This document shows, one piece after another, positions 30,397 to 40,292 of a stretch of 64,000 nucleotides of DNA (position 1 is its first letter; the number at the start of each line of letters is the position of its first letter). The stretch is from Zhengella sp. GTDB lineage: Bacteria; Pseudomonadota; Alphaproteobacteria; Rhizobiales; Rhizobiaceae. Position numbers and translations under genes: made by a program. The DNA lies in the NCBI RefSeq assembly GCF_041397485.1, contig NZ_JAWKWO010000004.1, forward strand, positions 3,042 through 67,041, written 5' to 3'. The notes under the pieces were generated by a model. That model was not told where the DNA came from, ran no database searches, and saw only the letters and a list, made by a program, of their open reading frames with translations.

Positions 30397-30475
30397 GCGG
30401 CGGATGTCCTGTTGATCTGGCCCGACTATGGCCGCCCGGCCGCGCGCAAACCAGTCAGCATTTCTGCTCGATGGT

Positions 30476-31330
30476 TCAATATTGCTGATCGCGCGACGCC
30501 TGGTGCCGTTTCAGCACACGGACATTGCCGCCGGGCCGCCTCAGCGCCGCGGCATTGAGCTCCTGCCATCCGGTGGACTGCCCGGCCGCCACCGCCGGCG
30601 CCAGATAGCCGCCCTGAACCCATTGCACACCGGCGCCAAGCGCCACATCCAGTTGAGCCGCCGTGCTGATGCCGGTCATGGAGACCCCGCAGCCGGACTG
30701 CCGCACCCGCTCCACCAGGCTTCCCAGCAGGCTTTGCGCCTCCGGCACGTTCTCCAGCCACGCCCCGGACCATTCGGCACCCAGATGCAACATCTGCGCG
30801 CCGCTTTCGATGGCCCTTTCAACCGTATCGCCCGGATCTGCGCCCGCCAGCCGCAGGGCGATCCGGATTCCGGCCGCGCGGGCCCGCGCGATTGTCTCCC
30901 CGGCATCGCAGGCAACCCGAAGCGGAAGCCGCCAGACGATCTGGTCCGGCATCATGAAGGCGTCGCGGACTGCCGCCAGCATCAGGTCCAGCGTCGCCGG
31001 TGCCATGGCCGCCGACATCAGGTGGTCCTCGCAGTAGCAGAGCGTCTCCGGATCGAGGAAGACGAGATTGCAGCGCGCCAATGCCGCCGCCTGCCCCGCG
31101 CCCGGTCCCTCGGCCAGACTGGCAAGCACGTGTTGTGCCGTTTCCCTGCCCTCCGGCCGCAGCCGCGCCGTGGCGAAATCCGGCCGCAGCATGCCGCCCT
31201 CCACACGGTAGGCCGGCTGGAAAACCGTCTCGAACAGGATCGCACCGAAACGCAGGCGCGCCCGGCCAATGCCGTCGCGCACAAGCATGCCCTTTTCGCG
31301 GTCAGGGCCGGGATCACTCATATCGGTCAA
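30476..31330 (-). CDS. Stand-alone degenerate EAL-domain protein (catalytic residues replaced)
   Basis: It aligns with its neighbour block by block (FQPAYRVEGGML, VQGGY). However E->T, N->F, EVTE->YCED, DD->RL, KxD->HxG and EGIE->TGIS. Confidence 0.7.
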   Translation of the reverse strand: MTDMSDPGPDREKGMLVRDGIGRARLRFGAILFETVFQPAYRVEGGMLRPDFATARLRPEGRETAQHVLASLAEGPGAGQAAALARCNLVFLDPETLCYCEDHLMSAAMAPATLDLMLAAVRDAFMMPDQIVWRLPLRVACDAGETIARARAAGIRIALRLAGADPGDTVERAIESGAQMLHLGAEWSGAWLENVPEAQSLLGSLVERVRQSGCGVSMTGISTAAQLDVALGAGVQWVQGGYLAPAVAAGQSTGWQELNAAALRRPGGNVRVLKRHQASRDQQY

Positions 31331-31360
31331 GACAGTGGGCCTCCTGCCATCGGCGTCCTG

Positions 31361-32326
31361 TCATCCATTGCGGACCTTTCGTCCGAAAGCCCGTGTCTGC
31401 CGGAAGGGCCGCGCAGGCACGGCATCGCGCGTGATCCGCGCATCCATATTAGCGCGCACGGAAGGATCGGGAAAGGCGGGCGTTCCGGTTGCCGCCGCGC
31501 CTGCGCGGGTTGCGTTCTCATCGCCCGCGGCCGCCGTGCGGCTGAACATCGCGAAATCCGTCGGCGCCAGCTGCGGCCTGGCAAGCACGAATCCCTGCAC
31601 CATGCGCACCATGCTGCTTTCGGCCAGATCGAGTTGCCAGGGCTCCTCGATGCCTTCGAACAGGGTGGTGATGCCCCAGCCATTGAACGTGTCCACCATG
31701 GCCTTGAGCAGTTCGAAGCCCGGATCGCTGTCCATCAGGCGGGTGATCCACGCGGCATCGAACTTGACGATCTCGGGCTTGAGGTCACGAATGCGCGACA
31801 TGTCGGAATGATCGGCGCCGTAGTCGTCCACCGCGATACGAAAGCCATGGGCGCGCAGCGCCGCCACGAAGTTCATCAGCGCCTGGTGCGATGCCGCCTT
31901 GTGCTCGGTCACCTCCGCCACGATCCGACCCGCTGCGATCCCGGCCTCGTGCATGGTCAGCCGCATGTCCCGGAGCGAGCGGTCCGTCACGCCACGGTCG
32001 CAATAGACCGACGGATCGAAATTGACGAACAGCGATGTTCGCGGATCGAGGCAGGCACCGGCATTGATGAGATGCAGGCTGCGCGTCAGGGTTTCCACCT
32101 CAAGCCTGTCCTGCCCGGCGATCGCGCTGAAGAAGACGCCCGGTGCAACGGGCTCGCCGTCACGAAACGGCCGTGCCAGGCCCTCGAATGCAGCGATCTC
32201 CAGTTTTCCGCCGTTGAACCGGAAGACCGGCTGGAAGGCCGAGCGAAGCACGAACGGTCCCCACACCCCTTCCGAGGTGCCGTCTTCCATACGGATGACA
32301 TGGGCCAGTCCAACGCTTCGTGTCAT
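31361..32326 (-). CDS. Stand-alone EAL-domain protein with intact phosphodiesterase motifs
   Basis: Contains FQPVF...EGLAR, VNF, EVTE, DDYG, KFD, EGIE and QGF. There is no sensor or GGDEF domain. Confidence 0.8.
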   Translation of the reverse strand: MTRSVGLAHVIRMEDGTSEGVWGPFVLRSAFQPVFRFNGGKLEIAAFEGLARPFRDGEPVAPGVFFSAIAGQDRLEVETLTRSLHLINAGACLDPRTSLFVNFDPSVYCDRGVTDRSLRDMRLTMHEAGIAAGRIVAEVTEHKAASHQALMNFVAALRAHGFRIAVDDYGADHSDMSRIRDLKPEIVKFDAAWITRLMDSDPGFELLKAMVDTFNGWGITTLFEGIEEPWQLDLAESSMVRMVQGFVLARPQLAPTDFAMFSRTAAAGDENATRAGAAATGTPAFPDPSVRANMDARITRDAVPARPFRQTRAFGRKVRNG

Positions 32327-32471
32327 GCCACAGGCGCGCGCCTTTCGCTTGTGCCGGTTTCGGTCCCGGCGCCGGCCAGGCCTTGCCGCTCAGGATAGAG
32401 GCCAAGGTTTCACGCGCGGTTAATGGATTTCCCAGCCCTGACAGGCCCGGCGCATGGCGGCCAAGCCTTGA

Positions 32472-33755
<1,284 letters not shown>

Positions 33756-33783
33756 GCCGCCTCCACACATCCGGTTGCCGCGG

Positions 33784-33811
33784 CGCCGCCCTCCGGGGCG
33801 GCGTTTCGCTT
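33784..33811 (+). terminator. Intrinsic terminator after the aminotransferase gene
   Basis: CGCCGCCC-TCCG-GGGCGGCG is followed by TTTCGCTT. Confidence 0.65.
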
Positions 33812-34415
33812 GTGGCAAGGTCAAGCCATATCAAGGGCTTGGGCCGCACCGGTGAAGCGGCCAGGCATGGCCCTGAATCAGCTTGTGAAGAAAGACGGCA
33901 GGCACGGCCTGGCAGCACCTGCACGATTTCGACAGGAATGTGCGGACCCGACTTCAAGCCAATGTTTCAATTGCCTTTTTCATGAGAAACTGAATCTGTT
34001 TGTGAAGGCCTTGCCACAGCGGGCAAAACCGTTTCCCGCCGCGGGGCGACAAAACGCTCGCCCCTGTGTTGAGGTGGGGCCCATGAACAACTTAAAAGTG
34101 TTTTATCGTTATTATACAACTCGCTTTGTCGCCGTCCGAAATCATCGCGTCAGCCAGTTGAACCAGCGCTTCAGGCTGGCCGGCCGGTGGTGCCTGGGGC
34201 CGCGTCCTTGCCACGACGTGACTTTCGCCCTTGCGCCAGCAAACCTTTGGTGAAACGATGCCGGAACGCCGGGTTCAACGGCGCGCTGAGCGGCGGCCGG
34301 ACGTGAGGTTCCGGGAGCGAAGCGGAAGTGCCGTCGCGCACTCGCCCTTCCCGAAATTGCCGCGAAAAAACCGGTCCTCCGCTCGCGTTCAACGCGTGAA
34401 AAGGAGGATTGTGCC

Positions 34416-36476
34416 ATGGGTGAACGCGCCGGAAGCAGACGCAAGGGGCCGAAATGCATCGCCATTTGCGGTCCCTTCGCAAGCGGAAAGACGACTCTTC
34501 TGGAATCCATTCTGGAGCGGACCGGCGCCATCCAGCGCGCTGCCGAAACCGGCTCCGGCCATACCGTTTCCGACCATTCGCCGGAAGCCCAGGCCCACGC
34601 CATGAGCGTGGAGGCCGTAGCCGCGACCACCACCTTCCTGGATGAGGATTTCACCTTCATCGACTGCCCCGGCTCCGTCGAATTCTCCCATGAGGCGGAT
34701 GCGGTTCTGGCCGGTTGCGACGCGGCCATCGTGGTTGCCGAGGCGGACGAGAAGAAGATTCCGGCGTTGCAGCTTGTTCTCAAGCGGCTGGACGAGATGA
34801 CAATCCCCCGCATCCTTTTCCTCAACAAGATCGACACCGCCTCCATGCGGGTGCGCGACACCGTGGCATTGCTTCAGCCGGCTTCGTCCTTGCCGCTCCT
34901 GCTGCGCCAGATCCCCATCTGGAAGAACGGCATCGCCATCGGCGCCATCGACCTTGCGCTGGAGCGCGCCTATGTCTGGCGTGAACACGCCATGAGCGAG
35001 CAGACCGACATTCCCACCGAGGAGAAATCCCGCGAGATCGACGCCCGCTTCACCATGCTGGAAACGCTGGCCGACCATGACGACGCCCTCATGGAGCAAT
35101 TGCTCGAAGAGATCGAACCGCCGCGCGACGAGGTTTTCGACGACCTGACGGCGGACCTGCGGGCGGGCCATGTCGTTCCCGTGATGATCGGCTCCGCGGC
35201 CCATGGAAACGGCGTCCATCGCCTGCTCAAGGCACTGCGCCATGATGCGCCTGACATTTCCGACACCATCGCGCGTCTCGGCATCGAGGGTGACGGGCCG
35301 CCGCTCGCCCATGTGATGAAGACCATTCACACGCCCCATGGCGGCAAGCTTTCGGTGGCCCGCGTGCTGCGCGGGCCCTTGTCCGACAGCACCGAGGTCA
35401 TGGCCAGCAATGGCGCCGATGCGCGTATTTCCGGCATGTATCGCATGCTGGGCAAGAACCAGGGCAAGGTCGGCTCCGCCGCCACGGGCGAAACTGTCGC
35501 GCTCGGCAAGCTGGAGGGCGTCGCCACCGGTGCCACCGTCGCACCGGGCAAGCAGGCGCCACAGGCTCTTTCCGGCGTGCCCGCCCCGCAACCCTTTCAT
35601 TCGGTTGCTATCAAGGCCCGCGATCACAAGGACGATGTGAAGCTTTCCGCTGCCCTTACCAGGCTCTGCGAGGAGGACCCGGCCCTCAGGGTGGAGCAGA
35701 GCCCGGGCACCGGCGAAACCATCCTTGGCGGCCAGGGGGAAATGCACCTGCGTGTCACGCTGGAACGGCTGGCGGGAAAATACCAGGCCTCGGTCGATGC
35801 CGGCGAGCCGCCCGTGCCCTATCAGGAGACCATCCGCAAGCCGGTGCAGGAGCGAGGCCGCCACAAGAAGCAGTCCGGCGGCCATGGGCAGTTCGGCGAT
35901 GTGGTTCTGGAAATACGGCCGCTGCCGCGCGGCTCCGGCTTTGAGTTCACCGACACCATTTCCGGCGGTGTTGTTCCGAAGCAGTATATTCCCTCCGTGG
36001 AATCGGGTGTGCGCGATTATCTGTCGAGCGGCCCGCTCGGCCTGCCCGTGGTCGACATCGCGGTCAACCTGTCGGACGGTTCCTACCATTCGGTGGATTC
36101 CTCCGACATGGCTTTCCAGATGGCGGCGAAACTGGCCATGCGCGAAGCCATGCCCAAGGCATCTCCCGTTCTGCTGGAGCCGGTGATGAAGGTGCGGATC
36201 TTCACGCCGTCCGATGCCACAGCGAAGATCACCGCGATCATTCCGCAACGGCGCGGTCAGATCCTCGGCTATGACGGCCGCCCGGATTGGGAAGGCTGGG
36301 ACGTGGTCGAGGCCATGATGCCGCGCTCCGGGCTGACCGGTCTCATCATCGAATTGCGGTCGCTGACGGCAGGCGTTGCCTCCTACGAGGCCGAGTTCGA
36401 TCACATGGCCGAACTGACCGGCAGGGCCGCAGACGAGGCGCTCGCCTCCATCCGCGAGCGCGCGGACGCCGCCTGA
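34416..36476 (+). CDS. Elongation factor G paralogue (translational-GTPase family)
   Basis: AAGGAGG RBS is present. G1 is GPFASGKTT, G3 is DCPG and G4 is NKID. The domain IV loop is GSYHSVDSSDMAFQMAA. 686 aa. Confidence 0.85.
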   Translation: MGERAGSRRKGPKCIAICGPFASGKTTLLESILERTGAIQRAAETGSGHTVSDHSPEAQAHAMSVEAVAATTTFLDEDFTFIDCPGSVEFSHEADAVLAGCDAAIVVAEADEKKIPALQLVLKRLDEMTIPRILFLNKIDTASMRVRDTVALLQPASSLPLLLRQIPIWKNGIAIGAIDLALERAYVWREHAMSEQTDIPTEEKSREIDARFTMLETLADHDDALMEQLLEEIEPPRDEVFDDLTADLRAGHVVPVMIGSAAHGNGVHRLLKALRHDAPDISDTIARLGIEGDGPPLAHVMKTIHTPHGGKLSVARVLRGPLSDSTEVMASNGADARISGMYRMLGKNQGKVGSAATGETVALGKLEGVATGATVAPGKQAPQALSGVPAPQPFHSVAIKARDHKDDVKLSAALTRLCEEDPALRVEQSPGTGETILGGQGEMHLRVTLERLAGKYQASVDAGEPPVPYQETIRKPVQERGRHKKQSGGHGQFGDVVLEIRPLPRGSGFEFTDTISGGVVPKQYIPSVESGVRDYLSSGPLGLPVVDIAVNLSDGSYHSVDSSDMAFQMAAKLAMREAMPKASPVLLEPVMKVRIFTPSDATAKITAIIPQRRGQILGYDGRPDWEGWDVVEAMMPRSGLTGLIIELRSLTAGVASYEAEFDHMAELTGRAADEALASIRERADAA

Positions 36477-38689
36477 ACCTTGCCCGGCCGCGGCCCCGGC
36501 TTGTCCGTGCCGCGGCCGGCCCATGCGCGCACCGCGCCGGCCACGCGATGGGCGTCATCGGCATTCATGGCCGTGTGCAGTGGCAGCCGCACGAGCCGGC
36601 GCCAGGCGGCTTCCGCCTGCGGCAGGGCATGGCGTGCCACGCCCAGCCTGCGCCCTTCCCCGGAGAGATGCAGCGGCTTGTAATGCGACATCGCCTGGAT
36701 GTCCCGCGCCGCCAGGAATGCCATCAGGCGCCGGGCAGCATCCGCGTCGCGCATCATCAGTCCGGCAATATGGTGGTTCGACCGGGTTTCGGAATCCGGC
36801 ATGATCAGGTCGAAGGGCAGGCCGGCATGCTCGCCGAGCTGTTCCGCATAGATCGCGAACAGCGCCGCCCGCCGCGCCAGGATATCGGGCAAGGCAGCCA
36901 GGTTGTCGCGCAGAAGGGCCGCCGGCATTTCCGGCGGGCGGAAACTGGATCCGGGCGAGACCCATTCATAATGGCTGACGCGCCCTGCCTTGCAATCGGA
37001 AAAATTCGTTCCCCGCTCCATGATCCGGTCGATGCGCCGCAGCAGGGCCGGTTCCTGTGAATTGACCAGCAGCGCGCCGCCCTGACCGCCATGCACGACC
37101 TTCGTTTCATGGAAGGAAAGGCAGCCCATCAGGCCGAGCGTACCCAGCGCCTTGTCACCGCGCAAAGCGCCGGCACCCTGCGCCGCATCCTCGACAATCG
37201 CGATATCCCGGCCGTCGGTCATGGCGGCAATCGCCGCCACGTCGACGCTGCCGGCACCGTAATGCACCGGAACGATGGCGCGGGTGCGCGCCGTGATGCA
37301 ACGCTCCAGGCTGGCCATGTCGGTCATCAGGCTGCGCGGATCGACATCGCAGGCCACGATGCGCGCGCCGGTTCGCGCAAAGGCCGTGGCCGTGGCGGCA
37401 AAGGTGAAGCTGGGCACGATCACTTCGTCGCCCGGCCCCAGGTCCAGCGCAAGCGCCGCCACTTCCATGGCCGCAGTGCAGGAATGGGTCAGCCAGACAT
37501 GCTGCGCACCCGTCAGCCGGCGGATATCGGCCTCCGCGCCCGCTGTCTGCGCCCCGCCTCCGGCCTGCCTTCCGGCAAGCAAGGCATCGCGCAGGTGCCT
37601 GCCGGGAACGTCCGCCGCGTGATGCGGCACGTGATAGGCGACGGGACGGGCGGCGGATGTGTCGGGACCGGCTTGCGCCGGTGCCAGCGGCGGCGGTGCC
37701 GCGATCGCCTTTCGCTCCGGGAGCCCGCTTGCGGCTGCGCGCAGGCGCTCCGCTTCCCCGGCCAGGATACGGGCCAGTTCGGCATCGAAACCGCTTTCCT
37801 GGCGAAAGCCAAGCGCCGCCAGCGCGCGCCCGTCGATACGATAGGCCCGGTCCTGAACGACCCTGTCTGGAACATGACGCGGCCTGAGCGGAACGCCCAC
37901 CGCCCTGGCAACGCGCGATGCCACCTCCAGCACGTTCAGGCTTTCGCGGGCGGCGACATTGTAGGTGCCGTTCCTTGCCCTGTCATGGGACAGCACAAGG
38001 CTGGCGGCGCGGGCAAGGTCGCCGACCGGCAGGAACATCCGCTCCTGCTGCCCGTCGCCCTCGATGGGCAGCGCCAGGCCGGCCAGCGCGAAACCCGCGA
38101 AACGCGGCAACAGCTTCTCGAAATGCTGGCGCGTGCCCACCGCATTGCTTGGCCGCAGCATGCGAACGTCCAGCCCGCGGGCGCGCATGCGCTCCACCTC
38201 GGCCTCGGCGGCGGCCTTCGAACGCGCATAGGGGCTGGAAGGGTTCAGCGCGGCTGTCTCTTCACAGGGGGCGAAGACCGGGCCGTAGACCTCGTCTGTG
38301 CTGAAATGGACGACCCGCGCAACGCCGGCCTCATGGGCCGCCTCCAGCACGATGCGTGTTCCGAGCCGGTTCACCGCATCGAAAAGGCCGGGATCGGCAA
38401 ACGACCGGCAGACATGGCTCTCCGCGGCCAGGTGAAAGACCGCGTCGGCGCCACGAACGGCGTGAACCACGGTATCCCTGTCGCGGACATCGCCTTCAGT
38501 GAAGACCACGCGCCCGCTGCCCATCGCGCTGCAAAGATGGTCCATGCGTCCGGCATAGGTCAGAGCGTCGAGCACGCGGATGTTGGCGTCCGGGAACTGC
38601 ACCAGCAGGTGATCGACCAGATGCGAGCCGATGAACCCGGCTCCGCCCGTCACCACGACATGTCTCGCTTCGAAACGGTTGCCAGTCAT
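36401..38689 (-). CDS. Fused NDP-sugar 4,6-dehydratase (RmlB-like SDR) + DegT/WecE-type PLP aminotransferase
   Basis: N-terminal half: VVVTGGAGFIGSHLV..., YARSKAAAE. An Ala/Pro linker follows. C-terminal half: THSCTAAMEVAAL, IVEDAAQG, SFHETK. It is one uninterrupted frame. Confidence 0.8.
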   Translation of the reverse strand: MTGNRFEARHVVVTGGAGFIGSHLVDHLLVQFPDANIRVLDALTYAGRMDHLCSAMGSGRVVFTEGDVRDRDTVVHAVRGADAVFHLAAESHVCRSFADPGLFDAVNRLGTRIVLEAAHEAGVARVVHFSTDEVYGPVFAPCEETAALNPSSPYARSKAAAEAEVERMRARGLDVRMLRPSNAVGTRQHFEKLLPRFAGFALAGLALPIEGDGQQERMFLPVGDLARAASLVLSHDRARNGTYNVAARESLNVLEVASRVARAVGVPLRPRHVPDRVVQDRAYRIDGRALAALGFRQESGFDAELARILAGEAERLRAAASGLPERKAIAAPPPLAPAQAGPDTSAARPVAYHVPHHAADVPGRHLRDALLAGRQAGGGAQTAGAEADIRRLTGAQHVWLTHSCTAAMEVAALALDLGPGDEVIVPSFTFAATATAFARTGARIVACDVDPRSLMTDMASLERCITARTRAIVPVHYGAGSVDVAAIAAMTDGRDIAIVEDAAQGAGALRGDKALGTLGLMGCLSFHETKVVHGGQGGALLVNSQEPALLRRIDRIMERGTNFSDCKAGRVSHYEWVSPGSSFRPPEMPAALLRDNLAALPDILARRAALFAIYAEQLGEHAGLPFDLIMPDSETRSNHHIAGLMMRDADAARRLMAFLAARDIQAMSHYKPLHLSGEGRRLGVARHALPQAEAAWRRLVRLPLHTAMNADDAHRVAGAVRAWAGRGTDKPGPRPGKVQAASARSRMEASASSAALPVSSAM

Positions 38690-38874
38690 CGTTTCCCCCA
38701 TTCCGTGCCGGCCTGAAACAGCTTCCGCCCAGCGGTTGAACTTGCCGGGAAGGCTGCAAGAGGCGTGCCTGCCGCAAATGAAAAACCCGGCGCATGCCAT
38801 GCGCCGGGTTTCCTCAGGTCCGCCATTTCCAGAAATCAACCGGCCCGGCGTCCTCGACGATGCAACGGGCTGGC

Positions 38875-38989
38875 AAAAAAAAATGGCCGGATGGAAATCC
38901 GGCCAATAAATGGAGCTGCCACGAGGACAAACCTCCAGAGGGGAACACTCGGAGACGCCAATGGGAGGAGGAATGCGTCTCTGAGATGA
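38875..38989 (-). ncRNA. abcR: AbcR-family (alpha-r15) trans-acting sRNA
   Basis: Hairpin GAGACGC/GCGUCUC has the loop AUUCCUCCUCCCAUUG (anti-SD). A second C-rich stretch UUCCCCUC follows. The terminator is GGCCGGAU-UUCC-AUCCGGCC + A + U9. It lies downstream of the lsrB/vtlR-like gene. Confidence 0.75.
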
Positions 38990-38993
38990 CCGG

Positions 38994-39048
38994 GATATGG
39001 ACCCTTCCAAGCGGCTTGGCAATGGCGGATTGTGCATTGCACATATGC
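38994..39048 (-). promoter_or_regulatory. Predicted abcR promoter (TTGCCA-N17-CATATC) with an upstream GCATATGTGCAAT box
   Basis: The hexamers are read on the minus strand at 39022-39017 and 38999-38994. The box at 39048-39036 fits GCAT-N3-TG-N3-T, which is the VtlR site as I recall it. Confidence 0.5.
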
Positions 39049-39268
39049 ACTTGCTGCATGGCTTTGCAGTCAATGCATAATTTTTCAACGACTTGAACGT
39101 GCAGGGCCGGTCCGCATCGCCTCGAAAAAAGGCAATCGCATAGATCGTTTTCAACCGAAAAGCTGTGGATTGCAGGACAAGCCATGCGCCGGCGCAGGAA
39201 TCCGTGGCGCGTCGCGGCCATGTTCCGGCCGTGCCTTCAGCGGAGGCAGCCGGCCGGGCGCTTGCAGT

Positions 39269-40165
39269 TCAGTAGTTCCACTTGCGCGCCTTGGACAGCA
39301 TGAAATCGCGGAAGACGTTGAGCTTCGCCTGGTTTTTCATGGCTTCCGGATAGCAGAAATAGGTTTCGAACGACGGCACTTCGGTCTGCGGCAGCAATTG
39401 CACAAGGCCGCTGTCCTTGCTGACGATATAGTCCGGCAGCATGGCAATGCCCGCGCCGCGCTGAACCGCCCGCTTGATGGAATGAAGGTCGTTCATCTGA
39501 AGCACCGCTTCCAGCGGATGGTCGTCCGGCCCCCGCAGCGTTTCCAGCCAGTTGAGGTTCTTCAGATAGGGAATGACCGGCTCGCCGAAGGTGATCAGCC
39601 GGTGCTTGTGCAGTTCCGACAGGGATTGCGGCTTGCCGAAACGGTTCACATAGTCCGGCGAGGCCCAGAGATGGAAATGGACGGTGAAAAGCTTGCGCTG
39701 GATGAGGTCGGGCTGCGATGGCGCACGCAGGCGAATGGCGCAATCCGCCTCGCGCATGGTGAGGTCGAGTTCCTCGTTTGAAAAGATGAGCTGGAGCCGG
39801 ATGTCCGGGTAAAGTTCAAGGAATTCGTCGACGCGGTTGGAGAGCCATCCCGTGCCGAGCCCCACCGTTGTCGTCACCCGCAACAGCCCGGATGGCTTGT
39901 CGGTCGTCTCGGTCAGCCGGTTGCGCACGCTGTCCAGCTTCAGCATCACGTCCTGGGCGGTGGCAAACAGCATCTCGCCCTGTTCGGTCAGCACGAGGCC
40001 GCGCGCATGCCGGTTGAACAGCGGCACGCCCAGATCCTGCTCCAGCGCGCTGACCTGGCGCGAAATGGCCGATTGCGACAGGTTGAGCGTATCGGCGGCA
40101 TGGGTGAACGAGCCGGCCTGCGCGGCGGCATGGAAAACCCTCAGCTTGTCCCAATCAACAGGCAT
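39269..40165 (-). CDS. lsrB: LysR-family regulator, LsrB/VtlR-type by sequence and trxB synteny
   Basis: HTH region is MPVDWDKLRVFHAAAQAGSFTHAADTLNLSQSAISRQVSALEQDLGVPLFNRHARG. It lies immediately downstream of trxB on the same strand, with an AbcR sRNA next to it. Confidence 0.8.
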   Translation of the reverse strand: MPVDWDKLRVFHAAAQAGSFTHAADTLNLSQSAISRQVSALEQDLGVPLFNRHARGLVLTEQGEMLFATAQDVMLKLDSVRNRLTETTDKPSGLLRVTTTVGLGTGWLSNRVDEFLELYPDIRLQLIFSNEELDLTMREADCAIRLRAPSQPDLIQRKLFTVHFHLWASPDYVNRFGKPQSLSELHKHRLITFGEPVIPYLKNLNWLETLRGPDDHPLEAVLQMNDLHSIKRAVQRGAGIAMLPDYIVSKDSGLVQLLPQTEVPSFETYFCYPEAMKNQAKLNVFRDFMLSKARKWNY

Positions 40166-40292
40166 GCACCCCCTCTACGCCCGGTTATTTCTGATTCCAG
40201 GCTGCATCTTTTCGTCGAATTGCATGACGCGCAAGTGAAGCACGTCACGCAACGGACATCCATGCCCTTGACCGGACTGCCTACTCCGCTGA

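Noticed and set aside
30428-32398. 656-codon plus-strand ORF spanning both EAL genes
   Set aside because: The minus-strand frames carry ordered EAL-domain motifs. The plus-strand product is Arg/Pro/Gly-rich with no recognisable motif.
33810-34253. 147-codon ORF (and its internal MNNLKVFYRYY... start) in the long gap before the EF-G paralogue
   Set aside because: It has no RBS, atypical composition and no motif. The region is kept only as an unexplained non-coding stretch.
34389-36524. 711-codon minus-strand ORF
   Set aside because: It is the antisense shadow of the EF-G paralogue, which has complete GTPase motifs and a strong RBS.
37091-38716. 541-codon plus-strand ORF
   Set aside because: It is antisense to the dehydratase-aminotransferase fusion and has no motifs.
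38814-39221. 135-codon minus-strand ORF overlapping the AbcR locus
   Set aside because: It would read through the sRNA hairpins and terminator. It has no RBS and a Cys/His/Phe-rich odd composition. The sRNA interpretation explains the conserved-looking elements better.
39000-39268. Possible second, tandem AbcR copy between the sRNA and the LysR gene
   Set aside because: No second CUCCCA-type motif or second strong terminator is present. There is only a weak GCAATC...GATTGC + T6 structure near 39125-39170, which is more likely the LysR gene terminator.
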